Position numbers and translations under genes: made by a program
Part shown: piece by piece, positions 49,852-62,674 of the stretch
Position numbering within the stretch: the stretch's first letter is position 1
Layout: each line of letters opens with the position of its first letter
Origin: an uncultured Actinomycetes bacterium
GTDB lineage: Bacteria; Actinomycetota; UBA4738; JBBDTT01
Reading direction: 5' to 3'
DNA length: 64,000 nt
NCBI GenBank assembly: GCA_963742735.1
Contig: CAVUMN010000002.1
Span: 160,694 to 224,693 of the forward strand
The notes under the pieces: model-generated
Told to the model about the DNA's origin: nothing
Seen by the model: the letters and a program-made list of their open reading frames with translations, nothing else
Databases searched by the model: none

Positions 49852-52290
49852 TCATGCAGCGGCTCGCATGCGCTCTGCCTGGCGCTGCAGCGCCTGCATC
49901 GCCGGCACGAGCAGCGACGCGCCGAGGTCGCGGTCGAAGTCGTCGACGGCAATGACCCGCGCGACGAGCGCATGGTGCGTCGCGAGCAGCGCGCGCCTCG
50001 TCGCGCGGTGATCACGCCGGCCGCGACGGCGCGGATCGCGAGCGATCGGCGGCGGCATCCGGCGCGACGCGTGCCGTCGAGCTGGCCTCGCCTTGACCGC
50101 GGCGCGGATCTTCGCCTGGATCGGCTCGGCGGCAATCGTCGCTTCGAGCGCGCGCTCGATCAGCGCGACCGGATCGTCATCCCGGCTGCCGATGAATACG
50201 TTGTCCGTCAGCCGGTCGCGCGTCGCCGACGGCTCGATCAGCAGCGCGCGACCTCGTGGCCGAGCGGTCGGACGGCACGACGTAGGGCCGGCCGAGCGGG
50301 AAACACGATGAGGCGCGCCAGCCGCCGCCGCGAACCGGTTCGGGAAATTGCGAGATCACGCCTTCGAACGCGTTCTGCGCCTTGAACATCGCGTCCCAGA
50401 TCGCCCAGTGCATCAGCGGCGCGTCGGCCGGCTGGCGGCCTTCGTCCTCGTAGCGCTTGAGCGTCGCCGAGCACAGGTACATGCAGCGAGAGGATGTCGC
50501 CCAGCCGCGCCGACAGCTTCTCCTTGCGCTTGAGCTCGCCGCCGAGCGTGCCCATCGAGACGTCGGCGAGGAACGCGAGCGCCGCGGAGAAGCGCGTCAG
50601 CTGCTGGTAGTAGCGCCGCGTCTCCGGCGCGACGTCGGCGCGGCACGCGGACGAAGTGCGAGCCGGTGAGGCCCATCACCAACGCGCGCGCGAGGTTGCG
50701 ACAGCGCGAAGCGGACGTGGCCCCACAGCGCCGCGTCGAACGCGACCGACGCCGCGCGCGCTGTCGCGGCGTCGCGCGTCGCGTCCATCTCCTTCAGCAC
50801 GATACGGATGGCAGCGGATCGCGCCCTGGCCGAAGATGATCAGGCTGCGCGTGAGGATGTTCGCGCCCTCGACGGTGATGGCGACCGGGATGCTGCATGT
50901 ACGCGCCGCCGAGGAAGTTCGCGGCCCCATGCAGATGCCCTTGCCGCCGATCGATGTCCATGCCGTCGTTGATCGATCTGCCGCGCCGCGCTCGGTGATG
51001 TGGTACTTGGCGATCGCCGACAGCACCGCGGGCTTCTCGCCCGAGGTCGATCGCGCGCGGCCGTCAGCATGCGCGTCGCGTCCATCATGTACAGGTTGCC
51101 GCCGATGCGCGCGAGCGGCTCCTCGACGCCCTCGAACTTGCCGATCGGCGTCTTGAACTGCGTGCGCACGCGCGCGTAGGCGCCGGCGGCGCGCGCCGCG
51201 AGCTTGGCCAGCCGCGTGTTCGACGACGGCAGCGAGATGCGCGCGGCCCGCGGCGAGGCACTCCATCAGCATGCGCCAGCCCTTGCCGATCATCGGCTGG
51301 CCGCCGATGATCCAGTCCATCGGGATGAACACGTCGCTGCCCGAGTTCGGCCCGTTCTGGAACACCGCGTTGAGCGGCATGTGGCGCCGGCCGATGTGCA
51401 CGCCCGGATGCGTCGTCGGGATCAGCGCGCAGGTGATGCCGAGGTCCTCCTTGCTCGCCGAGGAGCTTGTCGGGATCGTACGACGCGGAACGCGAGGCCG
51501 AGCAGCGTCGCGACCGGCGCCAGCGTGATGTAGCGCTTGTCCCACGTGACGCGCATGCCGAGCACGCGCCTGCCCTCGTGCTCGCCCCAGCACACGATGC
51601 CGTAGTCGGGGATCGCCGCGGCGTCCGAGCCGGCGTCCGGGTTGGTCAGCGCGAAGCACGGGATCTCCTCGCCCTTGCGCGAGGCGCGGCAGGTAGTGCT
51701 GCTTCTGCTCGTCGGTGCCGTAGTGCAGCAGCAGCTCGCCCGGCCCGAGCGAGTTCGGCACCATCACGGTCACCGCCGCCGTGCCGCGAGCGCGTCGAGA
51801 GCTTGGTGACGACCTGCGAGTGCGCGAACGCCGAGAAGCCGAGGCCGCCGTACTCCTTCGGGATGATCATGCCGAGGAAGCCCTTGTCCTTGATGAATTG
51901 CCACACTGCGGGCGGCAGGTCCGTGTAGCGTGCGTCGATCTCCCAGTCGTTGACCATCGCGCACAGCGTCTCGGCCTCGTCGTCGAGGAAGCGCTGCTCC
52001 TCGGCGGTGAGCGTCGGTGCGCGGACGTGCGAGCAGCTTGCTTCCAGTCGGGCCTGCCGGAGAAGAGCTCGCCGTCCCACCACACGGTGCCCGCCTCGAG
52101 CGCCTCGCGCTCGGTCTGCGACATCGGCGGCATGACCTTGCGGATAGACCGCGAGCACGCGGTCGCTGACGAGCTTGCGCCGCAGCGGTCGACGTGAGCG
52201 GCAGCGCGAGCACGAGCAGATGCCGCGAGCGAGCAGCACGAGACGGCAGCACGTGGCCAGGCGGCCACGAGCAGCATGCGACGACGCGAG
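49852..52290 (-). CDS. fadE: acyl-CoA dehydrogenase FadE (many indels)
   Basis: [78 protein letters not shown]. Confidence 0.92.
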
Positions 52291-52364
52291 CGACCCAGCC
52301 ACGCCCGACGCGTCAGGTACGCGAGCGCGATCGCCGCGAGAGCACGGCGACGATCAAGCAGCAG

Positions 52365-53126
52365 TCAGCATCGGTGCTCCGTCGGAGACGCACGTGCGCG
52401 GCGACGACTCGTCGCGAGCTCGCGCGTGACGTCGTCGAGCTCGGGCAGCGGCGCCTTCAGGCCCGCGAGCAGGAACGGCGCCAGGCGGCGCAGCAGGAGC
52501 TCGTCGTTGTCCGTGTCGCGGGTTGAGCTCGGCGATGAGCTTGAGCGCATCGGTGCCGGCCAGCGTGTACGACAGCGCGCCCATGATGAAATGCAGCCGC
52601 CACGACAGCTCCTTGCGCGGCAGGTGCGGCAGCGCGCGCGCGAAGGCGTCCTTGAAGCGCGCGATCATCGGCGCGTATTGCTCGCGACAGGAACTGGCGA
52701 ATGAACGGCGCCGGATCGGCGTAGGCGCGGCCGAGCAGGCGCAGGAAGTTGCTTGCCGCCGCGCGCCGGGTCGCGCGCGAGCTCCAGCGCGGGGATGAAC
52801 AAGGCGCCGAGGATGCGCTCGCACGGGACGAGCGCCGGCGCCGGCTGCGCGCTCGAGCCGCGTCGAGCAGCGCGACGCGCTGCCTGGTTCATCGGATCGA
52901 GCCGGCGCGTGAGCACCGCCTGGAACAGCTCTTCCTTGCTGCCGAAGTGGTAGTTGACCGCGGCGAGGTTGACGCCCGCCGCCGCGGTGATGTGCCGCAG
53001 GCTCGTCGCCTCGAAGCCGTGCTCCATGAAGAGCGCTTCGGCCGCGTCGAGGATGCGCGCCTTGGTGGCGACGGGCGCCTGCGACGCATTCAGTGGAATC
53101 ACTTCGGCCATCGATTTCCTCGCCAT
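52365..53126 (-). CDS. PsrA-like TetR family regulator (indels)
   Basis: TKARILDAAEALF..HGFEATSLR.IT..AGVNLAAVNYHFGSKE; WRLHFIMGAL. Confidence 0.85.
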
Positions 53127-53178
53127 TCGCAGTCCGCCCGATCCGTCGCGCTCACGACCGCGCGCCGGCCAATTTGAA

Positions 53179-53222
53179 TCAAACGATCGTTTGAATCTTA
53201 TGTTCGTTCGACAGACTGTCAA
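53179..53222 (-). promoter_or_regulatory. sigma70 promoter with PsrA-type operator
   Basis: Minus strand TTGACA (53222-17), TAAGAT (53200-195); palindrome TCAAAC-GATC-GTTTGA at 53179-53194. Confidence 0.8.
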
Positions 53223-53354
53223 GCGGCACGGCCCTAGGTCCCGCAGGCCGCTATTGTGTAAGTGCACGCTTTCGTTGATTGCCGCCTGTGTCCGCCGTCA
53301 TCGATTGGTGACGCCCTAACGCGTGCGACTTATACTCTTGCAACGGAGGCGGCC

Positions 53355-53636
53355 ATGGCAACAATCAGCATCGCTCGCAAGCACGCGCTGTCCCACAAGA
53401 AGGCCAAGGCCGCGGCCGAGAAGATCGCGAAGGACCTCAACAAGCGCTACGACCTCGCCTACGAGTGGAAGGGCGACCGCATCGAATTCGAGCGGGCGGG
53501 CGTCAGCGGGCACATGAGCGTCGGCAAGGAACGCATCGCCTCGAGGTGAACCTCGGTTGGCTCCTGACGCCGCTCAAGCCCGCCATCGAGCGCGAGATCA
53601 CGGCGCAGCTCGACCAAGTTGCTGGACGAGGCCTGA
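53355..53636 (+). CDS. polyhydroxyalkanoic acid system protein (PHA_gran_rgn-like; frameshift)
   Basis: ISIARKHAL...WKGDRIEFERAGVSG...LGWLLTPLKPAIEREI. Confidence 0.85.
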
Positions 53637-53638
53637 CG

Positions 53639-54403
53639 TCAGGCGCGCTGCTGTGCCGGGGCCGAGAGCCGGAATGCGAGCGGATCGGGAAACGCGTCCG
53701 ACGCGCCGCCGGCGATCGACTCCATGATCGTGCGTCTCGCGCTCGTCGATCGTCGCGCAGGAACGTCTCCGCTCCGCGCATGGCGCGGAACGCGGCGAAT
53801 CCGCGCTCGAGGAAGTCCTGCAAGCACTCCCATGCCCGCGAGGCGCGCCGGCTGCCGCATCATCGCGAGCGCCGTGCGCACCATCGGCTTTTGCACGTAG
53901 TGGTCGAGCGCTGCGCCCGACCTCGCCGATGAGCTTGATCTGCCGCCGGCGCAGCGGAAAGTTGCCCGCCCGCCGGTAGGCCTTGCAATACTCCGCCACG
54001 GAGAACTGCGCGTCCGCGCGCGGCAGCCGGCGCGAGCAGCACGCGATCGAGCTCCTGCGACAGTGCGTTGAGCTCCATCGCGATGCGCGACGGTTGCGAT
54101 CACGCCCTCCGGCAGCATCTTCACCATCATCGGCACGACGCGCGCAAGATCGGCGTCGCGGCGGCTGTAATCGCCGCCGCTGTACAGGTCGTTCTGGAAG
54201 AACTGGACGGCCGCCGTGTAGCGCGGGTCGGCGGCGAGATCGGCATACGTCATGCGCAGACGCCGCGCCTGCCAATCCGCGAGCCGCTCGAGCGAGCCCG
54301 CCAGGATGGGATTGTTGCGGCGCTCCTCGTGCAGGCGCGCAACGCGGGCGAGCTCGCGCACCAGGGCATCGCGGGCGGTGAGCGGCGGATCCTGTTCGGC
54401 CAT
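53639..54403 (-). CDS. FFLEELY-motif-like conserved protein (indels)
   Basis: WQARRLRMTYADL...FFQNDLY...RRDAD...QDFLERGFAAF. Confidence 0.78.
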   Translation of the reverse strand: MAEQDPPLTARDALVRELARVARLHEERRNNPILAGSLERLADWQARRLRMTYADLAADPRYTAAVQFFQNDLYSGGDYSRRDADLARVVPMMVKMLPEGVIATVAHRDGAQRTVAGARSRAARAGCRARTRSSPWRSIARPTGGRATFRCAGGRSSSSARSGAALDHYVQKPMVRTALAMMRQPARLAGMGVLAGLPRARIRRVPRHARSGDVPARRSTSARRTIMESIAGGASDAFPDPLAFRLSAPAQQRA

Positions 54404-54546
54404 CGTGCAGACGGTCGAAAAGAGCGGCGGTCAAATGAGCAGCGGTCGAGTCTAGCAGGAGGGGCCGCATGCGCACGCGGCATGGTCGTCCGATCCGTCC
54501 CGATTAGTTTGATTGCTCTAGGCGGCACGACTAACGTGGTTTCGGA

Positions 54547-55075
54547 ATGAGTCTTTCGCGCCGAACTTTCCTTGCCGCACGGCCTCGTCGGCGCGGCTGC
54601 GCTTGCCGCGGCGGGTTGGCTGCGCGGACCGCATGCGCCGCCAGCCGCGTCGGGCGGCGCGCGCTCGACGCGCGACGGCGAGCGATCGTTCGCCGCGGTC
54701 GCGCCGGTGATGCTCGAGGGCGCGCTGCCCATCGAAAGGCCGCGCGCGAAGCCGCGCTCGCGCGAAACGCTCGACGGCATCGACGCGGCCGTCGCAGGCC
54801 TGCTCACCGTCACGCGCAGGCGGAGCTCGATCAGCTGATCGCGCTGCTCGCACTGCCGCCGGTGCGCTATGGCTCGCCCGCGTGTCCGCCGCGTGGCACG
54901 AGTCGCGTCGCAAGCGAGGTCGCGCGATTCCTCGACCACTGCCGCGACAAGCCGGTTCACGCGTGATGCGCGCCGCGTACGACGCACTGCATGCAGCTCG
55001 ACGTTCGCGGCCTGGTACGGCAACGCGAGCTCGTGGGCCGCGATCGGCTACCCGGGCCGCCGCGCTCGCGTGACG
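54547..55075 (+). CDS. Tat-signal hypothetical protein (indels)
   Basis: MSLSRRTFL leader; C-terminal AAWYG...WAAIGYPG. Confidence 0.7.
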
Positions 55076-55080
55076 ACGCC

Positions 55081-56686
55081 ATGACGATCGCCGATCCCGA
55101 TCGAGCACAGGCCTGCGCGGCGGCTGGAACGTGATCGACGCGTCGCGCGCCGAGCGCGACATCGCGCTCGAGGCCGACGTCGTGCATCGTCGGCAGCGGC
55201 GCCGGCGGCGGCACCGCCGCCGAGATCCTCGCGCGCGCCGGGCTGCGCGTCGTTCTCATCGAGGAAGGGCCGCTGCGCTCGTCGCGCGACTTCCGCATGC
55301 GCGAGAGCCGAAGCCTATCCCGACCTGTACCAGGAGTCCGCCGCCGCAAGACCGCGGACAAGGCGATCACCATCCTGCAGGGCCGCTGCGTCGGCGGCGG
55401 CACGACCGTCAACTGGACGAGCTCGTTCCGCACGCCGGCCGGCGACGCTCGCCTACTGGGAGCGCGAGCTCGGCTTGCGCGGCTTCGGCGGCCGACGCGA
55501 TGGCGCCGTGGTTCGAGCGCATGGAGGCGCGACTGTCGATCGCGCCGTGGGCCGTCGCGCCGAACGCGAACAACGCAGGCGCTGGCGCGCGGCGCTGCGA
55601 AGCTCGGCATCGCCACGCCTGCGATCCGCCGCAACGTGAAGGGCTGCGCGAACCTCGGCTATTGCGGCATGGGCTGCCCGACCAACGCCAAGCAGTCGAT
55701 GCTGGTGACGACGATTCCCGCGGCGCTCGATCGCGGCGCGACGCTGGTCACGCGGGTGCGCGCGCATCGCTTCGTCTTCGCGGGCGACCAGGTCGCGTCG
55801 CTGGAAGGCGTCGCGCATGGACGCGGCCGGCACGGCGCCCGACATCGCGCAAGGTGACGCGTCCGCGCGCGCGACGTTCGTCGCGGCGGCGGGCGCGATC
55901 GGAACGCCGGCGCTGCTGCTGCGCAGCGGCGCGCCCGGATCCGCACGGCCTCATCGGCAAGCGCACGTTCCTTCATCCGACGGTCGTCTCGCGCGGCGCT
56001 CATGCCCGACGCGTCGACGGGTTCGCCGGCGCGCCGCAATCGATCTACTCCGATCATTTCCTCGAGACGCAACCGATCGACGGGCCGATCGGATTCAAGC
56101 TCGAGGCGCCGCCGATCCATCCGCTGCTCACGGCGACGACGCTGCCCGACGACGGCGCCGCGCATGCCGGATGATGCGCGAGTTCCGACACATGCAGGTC
56201 GCTGATCGCGCTGCTGCGCGACGGCTTCCATGCCGCAGAGCGCGGGCGGCACCGTGCGCCTGCGCGACGACGGCACGCCGGTGCTCGACTACCCGCTGAC
56301 GCCTTTCGTGTGGGACGGCGTGCGGCGCGCGTTTCGCGCCGATGGCGGAGATCCAGTTCGCCGCCGGCGCGACGCAAGGTCTCTGCCCGTGCACGGGTAC
56401 GGCGCGCCGTTCACGAGCCTTCGCCGCGGCGAAGGCCGCCATCGACGTGTTCGACCTGCGCCCGCTCGTACACGCGCGTCGTGTCGGCGCACGTGATGGG
56501 CGGCGCGCCGCTCGGCAGCGACGCGGCGCAGGTCCGTCGTCGGCGTCGACGGCAGGCATCACCACCTGCGCAACCTGTACGTCGTGCGACGGCTCGCTGT
56601 TCCCGACCTCGATCGGCGCCAACCCGCAGCTGTCGATCTATGCGTTCGCGGCGCGCATCGCGTCGAGGACTCGCCGAAGTCATTAG
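55081..56686 (+). CDS. GMC family flavin oxidoreductase (indels)
   Basis: IVGSGAGGG, QGRCVGGGTTVN, CGMGCPTNAKQS, SAHVMGG, DGSLFPTSIGANPQ. Confidence 0.9.
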
Positions 56687-56765
56687 TGTGACTGCTCTAG
56701 CGATGCGCGCTTAGATTGATCGTGCTCGCGTCACGTTTCGTGTTCCAACCAAGGAGACAGTCAAC

Positions 56766-57202
56766 ATGCGTGCAACCGAACTTCGCATCGGCAACCCGAT
56801 GCTCAACGCCTCGCGCCAGGTGTGGCTCGCGGGTCTCGGCGCCGCCGTCGTCACGCGCGACTGGGCGCAGTAGGAAGCGGGCAACGTGTTCCGCTACACT
56901 CGTCAAGGAAGGCACGATCGTCGAATCGCGCACGATCCGCGTCGTGGGCAACCGGCTCGAAGTCGATCGCTCAACGTCGCGAACACGCGTGTGGAAGCCG
57001 CGCGCGCAGCGTGTGCACGCAAGACCGCCGGCAACGCGGTCACGCTGGTGCAGTCGAACCTGTCCGGAACGTGCAAGCTGCCGCGCGATGTTCGTGGCGC
57101 CGCGTCAAGCGCGCCGAGCCGCGAAGCGCGCGCCAAGCGCAGCGGCGCCGCCAAGCCGGTGAAGCGCACTCGACGCGAGCGAAGGCGCGCACCGCGAAGT
57201 GA
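56766..57202 (+). CDS. phasin (PhaF/PhaI)-like protein (indels)
   Basis: RQVWLAGLGA...TLVKEG; Lys/Arg/Ala-rich tail. Confidence 0.7.
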
Positions 57203-57256
57203 ATCTCCGCTACCATTCGGCCGCAACGCAGCGGCATCGAACGCTGTCACGCTCTA

Positions 57257-58620
57257 ATGAGGAGCACCTGCCGGAAGACACCGGTGTCCGGGCGCGCGAC
57301 GCGTGCCCGGACGCGCCGGCGCGAATCGCAGAAGCGGCATCGGGCTCGCGCTGGCGGGCGGCGGCCCGCTCGGCGGCATCTACGAGGTCGGCGCGCTGCT
57401 CGCGCTCGCCGACTCGCTCGACGGGCATCGACTTCAACGACCTCGACGTCTACGTCGGCGTGTCGTCGGGCAGCTTCGTCGCCGCCGCGCTCGCCAACGG
57501 CATCTCGCCGGCGCAGATGTACCGGCTGTTCATCGCCGACGGCGTCGACGCGGCGCTGCAGCCCGAGGTCTTCCTGCGCCCGGCGCTGCGGCGAGTTCGT
57601 CGCGGCGCTCGGCGGCGCTGCCGGGCCTCGCTGCGCGCGCGCCTCGCTGCAATACCTGCGAGACCCGTTCCACGCGCGGCGCTGCTGGAGTCGCTCGCGA
57701 CGCTCGCGCGGGCGCATGCCCACCGGCCTGTTCGACAATCGCGCCGATCGACGACTTCCTCGCGCGCGCTGTTCGCGGGCCCGGCCGCGGACCAACGACT
57801 TTCGCAAGCTCGCGCGCAAGCTGTTCCTCGTCGCGACGCAATCTGGACACGCGGCGCGCTCGGTCATGTTCGGCGCGCGCCGGGCACGACCACGTGCCGA
57901 TCTCGCGCGCGATCGAGGCGTCGAGCGCGCTGCCCGGCCTGTTTCCGCCGGTGCGATCGACGGCGAGCACTACGTCGACGGCGCGCTCAACAAGACGCTG
58001 CACGCGTCCGTCGCGCTCGACGAAGGGGTCGACCTCCTGCTGTGCATCAACCCGCTGGTCCCGTTCGACGCGAGCGTCGGCGCACGTGGCATGCGCCGCG
58101 CGCGGCCGCCGTCGACAAGCTCAACCAGGGCGGGCTTCCCCGCTGGTGCTCGGCGCAGACATTTCGCGCGATCATCCACTCGCGCATGCAGGTCGGCATG
58201 GAGCAGCTACGCGCGCCGGTATCCGCGACGCGGCAGTGGTGCTGTTCGAGCCGGACCGCGAGGACGCCGCGATGTTCTTCGCCAACATCTTCAGCTACTG
58301 CGCAGCGCAAGCGCATCTGCGCGCTCGCGTTCGCCAAGACGCGCGCAGACCTGCGCGCACGCGCCGCGGTCGCTGCGCGCCGCTGTCTCGCGCGCCACGG
58401 CATCTGCGCGCCTCGACGACGCGCGATCTGCGGACGATCCGCAGCGCAGCCGTCGCACGCGCGCGCTGCGCCGACCCGCGGCCGCTGCGCGAACCGTTCG
58501 CGCCAGCGCGAGCGGCTCGCGGGCAAGCGCGACGCGCGCGCGAGTCTCGCGCACACGCTCGACCACGCTCGAGCGCGAGCTCGCGCTCTGCGCTGCCCGG
58601 CGCGGCGTGAACCGGCGCGG
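57257..58620 (+). CDS. patatin-like phospholipase (indels)
   Basis: LALAGGGPLGGIYEVGAL, GVSSG, ASSALPG, YVDGA. Confidence 0.88.
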
Positions 58621-58628
58621 CGCCCGCC

Positions 58629-59300
58629 ATGGCGACGCAAGCCACCGCGCCGCACGCGCGAGCGCATCCTCGAGACCAGCCTCGCGCTGTTCAATCGCGA
58701 CGGGCGAGCCGCACATCACGACCGCGCGACATCGCCGACGAGATGAACATCAGCCCGGGCAACCTGTACTACCACTTCCGCAACAAGGACGACATCATCG
58801 GCGAGCTGTACGCCGCCTCGAGGCGGCGCTCACGCCGTCTGCTCGCCGCACTCCCGCGGTGCCCGGACGTCGAGGATCTGTGGTTCCTGCTGCACCTGCT
58901 GTTCGAGCGCATGCGGGCGTATCGCTTCTTCTATCGCGACCTGGACGAGATCACGTCGCGCAACCGCAAGCATCGCGGTGCGCTTGGCCGACGCTCACTG
59001 CGGCCGGCTCGAAACCACCGTGCTAGAGTTGTCGCGCGGCCTCGTGCGCACGCGGACGATGCAGCGCGAGCGAGCGCGAGCTCGGCGCGCTGGCCGCCAA
59101 CGCGACGCTCGTGTCGCACATACTGGATGTCGTTCCAGCGCAACGGCGGGTCGCGCCGCGCGAGGGCGCGACGACGATGAGCGGCTCGACCTCGACCGGC
59201 CGCCTATCAGGTGCTCGCGCTGTTCGCGCCGTTCATCGTGGGCGAGGCCCGCGCACTGATCGAGCGCCTCGGCGAGGCTATCTGTACGACACGGGAGGAT
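58629..59300 (+). CDS. TetR family regulator (indels)
   Basis: TRERILETSLALFN...IADEMNISPGNLYYHFRNKDDII. Confidence 0.85.
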
Positions 59301-59304
59301 CGCC

Positions 59305-60089
59305 ATGGCGAAGAAGTGGGCGAAGTTCCCGCATGCCGACAAGGCGTACGCGTACGACGCGGCGGCGCTCAAGAAGACTGGGCGCGCCTGCATACGCGGC
59401 GACTGCGAGCCGTTTCCGAAGGACAGCCGGCTGCTGGACGCGTGGCGGCATTCTCATGCCGGCGAATTCGGCGAGGCGGTCGACGCTCGGGTCCGCCGCG
59501 GGACGGCGCCGGCATCAACGCGGCGGTCAAGGCGCAGGTCGTCTACGCGCACTACCTCGAGAAGGCGGACAAGGCCAAGGCTCGCGCTGCTCGAGGAGGC
59601 GGCCGGCTGGGCCGACGGGCGCCGCGCGGCCGCGCCCGAAGGATGCCAACGCGCACTACCTGTACGCGTTCGCGCTGGGCCGCTACAGCCAGGGCATCTC
59701 GGTGGCCAAGGCGCTCGCGCAGGGCTTCGGCGGCAAGATCAAGGAAGCGCTGCTCACGGCGCTCAAGCTCGAGCCGAAGCACGCCGACGCGCACACCGCG
59801 TACGGCGCCTACCAGGCGGAGGTGATCGACAAGGTCGGCGGCACTCGTGGCCGGCATGACCTACGGCGCGAAGAAGGATTCGCGCCATCGAGCATTTCGA
59901 GAAGGCGCTGAAGCTCATTCCCGAATCGCCGATCGCCCACATCGAGTACGGCAACGGCCTGCTCATGCTGTTCGGGAAGGCCAGCATCGACGACGCGCAC
60001 GCAAGCTGTACGAGAAGGCGGCGGCGCTGCAGCCGATGGATGCGATGGAGCGTCTCGACGTCGAGCTCGCGAAGTCGGAGCTCGAATAG
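59305..60089 (+). CDS. conserved TPR-like hypothetical protein (indels)
   Basis: MAKKWAKFPH; NAHYLYAFALGRYSQGISVAKALAQG; MERLDVELAKSELE. Confidence 0.7.
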
Positions 60090-60129
60090 GCGGCGTGCCG
60101 CGCCGGAGCCTGCGTGCCAGGGAGCCCAT

Positions 60130-61085
60130 GATGCAGGTCCGCCTGCGCGTTGGCTCCTCGCCGTTGATCGCGGCCGTCGCCGCTCGTCGCGCGGCGTCGC
60201 GCGCGGCCCAGGACCGAGCCGCGCCGCGCCCAGTCGATCCGCGCCGTGCCGGCGCAGCCGTCTCGCGGCGCGCCATCGACACGCTGAGGCGGATCCGCGA
60301 ACCGGAGCGCATCCTGATCGGCGTGCGCGAAGCAGCGTGCCGTTCTCGTTCCTCGATGCGCAGAAGCAGCCGCAGGGCTACTCGGTGGACCTGTGCCAGC
60401 GCGTGGCCGACGCGGTCAGGACCGAGCTCAAGCTGCCGCGGCTGGAGACGTCAAGTTCGTGCCGGTGACGCTCGGCGAACCGCATCTCCGCGCTGCTGGA
60501 GGGCAAGATCGACCTCGAGTGCGGCTCCACCACCAACACGCGCGACCGCCAGAAGCAGGTCGCGTTCGCGTACACGACGTTCGTCGCCGGCATCAAGATG
60601 CTGGCGCAGGAAGTCGTCGAACGTGAACTCGGTGGAGGACCTGCGCGGCAAGAACATCGTGGTGACCAAGGGCACCACCAGCGAGAAGATGATGAGGACG
60701 ATGAACGACGAGCGCCTGCTCAAGATGAACGATCATCGAGTCGCCCGACCACGGCGAGTCGTTCAAGGCCGTCGACGACGGCAAGGCGGTCGCGTTCCCC
60801 ATGGACGACGTGCTGCTGTACGGCCTCATCTCCAAGTCGAAGAAGCCGGACGAATTCGCGGTGGTCGGCAAGTACCTGTCGGTCGAGCCCTACGCGCATC
60901 ATGATGCGCAAGGACGAGCCGGCGTTCGAGAAGATCGTCAATCGCGCGCTGATCGAATCTTCCAGTCGGGCGAGATCCGCCGCCTCTACGCCAAGTGGTT
61001 CAACACCCGGGACCTCATGGTGCCGATGAACCAGTACCTGAAGGAAGCGTTCGTCGCGCCGAACACGTATCCGGCCTGGCCTTAG
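60130..61085 (+). CDS. amino acid ABC transporter substrate-binding protein (GltI-like; indels)
   Basis: PFSFLD, GYSVDLC, DLECGSTTNT, VTKGTTSE, MDDVLLYG. Confidence 0.88.
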
Positions 61086-61089
61086 GCCA

Positions 61090-62567
61090 CCGCCGCTTAC
61101 CGCCCGCTCGGCGAGGTCGAGGTCGCCGCTCGCCCGCGGCCACGGCGCCATCAGCGTCGTCAGCACGAGCTTCTCGAACTCGCGCGCCGAAGCGCGGCGA
61201 CTGATGCGCTCCGGGATCGGGGCACAGCCCCGCGATCGGTGACGATGCCGAACTGCACCGCGCCGTCGTACGAGATGATCGACACGCCCATGCCGATGTC
61301 GCCCGACTGCGGCACCCAGAACATCAGGCTGTCGATCGGCGCGCCGGCGAGATAGAGCGGCTGCTGCGGGCCGGGAACGTTGGTCATCACCGCCGTCGCA
61401 TTGCGCGCGAGCGACGGCGAGCAGCGCGTCCTGCAGCGCCGCGGCCCCGCGCCCATCGCGGCCAGCAAGCCCGAGCGCCAGCACCGGCTGGTAGCGATCC
61501 CTTGAGCGCGTTCATGTTCGCGCGCACCGCGTACAGGCGCTCGACGGGGTTCTCGATGCCGATCGGCAGGTCGAGGAACACGAGGCCGAACTGGTTGCCG
61601 AGCTTGTACGCCTTCTCGATCGGCCGCAGGTTGACGGGCACCAGCGCGCGCATCATCACGCCGTCGACCGCGTCGCCCTTCGTCGACGAGATAGCTGCGC
61701 AGCGCGCCGGCGACGCAGGACAGCAGCACGTCGTTGACCGACGCGCCGAGCGCGCTGGCCGATCGCCTTCACCTCGGCGAGCGGCAGCGGCTCCGCCCAC
61801 GCGACGCGCTTGGCCACGCCCGGCTTGCCCTTGAAGCGCGTCGGCGAATCCTGCCGCATCAGCGCGAGCTTCGCGATCTCGGCGGTGAGCGCGCTGCCCT
61901 GGTCGGCGAGCGCCACGGCCTTGCGCCGGGTCGTGCCAGAGCGCCGCACGCCTTTCTCGACGAGCGTCGCGCCGATGCTTGCGCGCCGCCGGCAGCACGC
62001 CCGACAGCGGCGCAGCAGCTGCGCCAGCGCGTCGTCGCCGGCGTCGCGCTTCGGCGCGGCGCGGACGCGAACGGCATCGCCGGCGGACCGTCGGCGCCGC
62101 GTCGGTCATCGACAGCATCACGCGCACCAGCGCGATGCCGTCGGCGTAGCAGTGGTGGATGCGCGCGATCAGCGCGCTGCCGCCGTCGTAGCGGTCGACG
62201 AGGTGGAACTGCCACATCGGCGGTCGCGCCGGATCGAGCGGCGTGGTCGCGAGCCGCGACACCAGCGCCTGCAGCTCCGCGCTGGCCGGCGTCGGCCGGG
62301 CAGGGGCGTCGGCACGACGTGGCGCGTCGATGTCGAAGTCGCGGCATCGCTCTCCCAGAACGCGACGCCGGCGCCGTCTCGACGGGCCGCTGGCGAAACG
62401 CGCGGGAACACCAGGAAGCGCTCGTCGATCACCTTGCGAAGGCGCGGCGAGGCGACCCGCTCGCGCGAACAGCAGCACGCCGCAGATCATCATCAGGTTG
62501 TGCGGCCGGTCCATGCGCAGCCACGCGGTGTCGACCGCGGAGATCTTGGCGCGTCGTGCGGAGGCAT
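61090..62567 (-). CDS. wax ester synthase/diacylglycerol acyltransferase (indels)
   Basis: SAVDTAWLRMD, RIHHCYADG (HHxxxDG), ALVPVNLR, VMTNVPGP, GVSIISYDG. Confidence 0.9.
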
Positions 62568-62674
62568 GGCCGATCGGAAGCGCGGTGGGATTGCGCGCGT
62601 TCGTTGCGCGCGCTTGGGCATTCGCGCTAAAGTAGCACGAAAACCGCGCCGCACCGAGGCCGAGGGAGCGCAGC

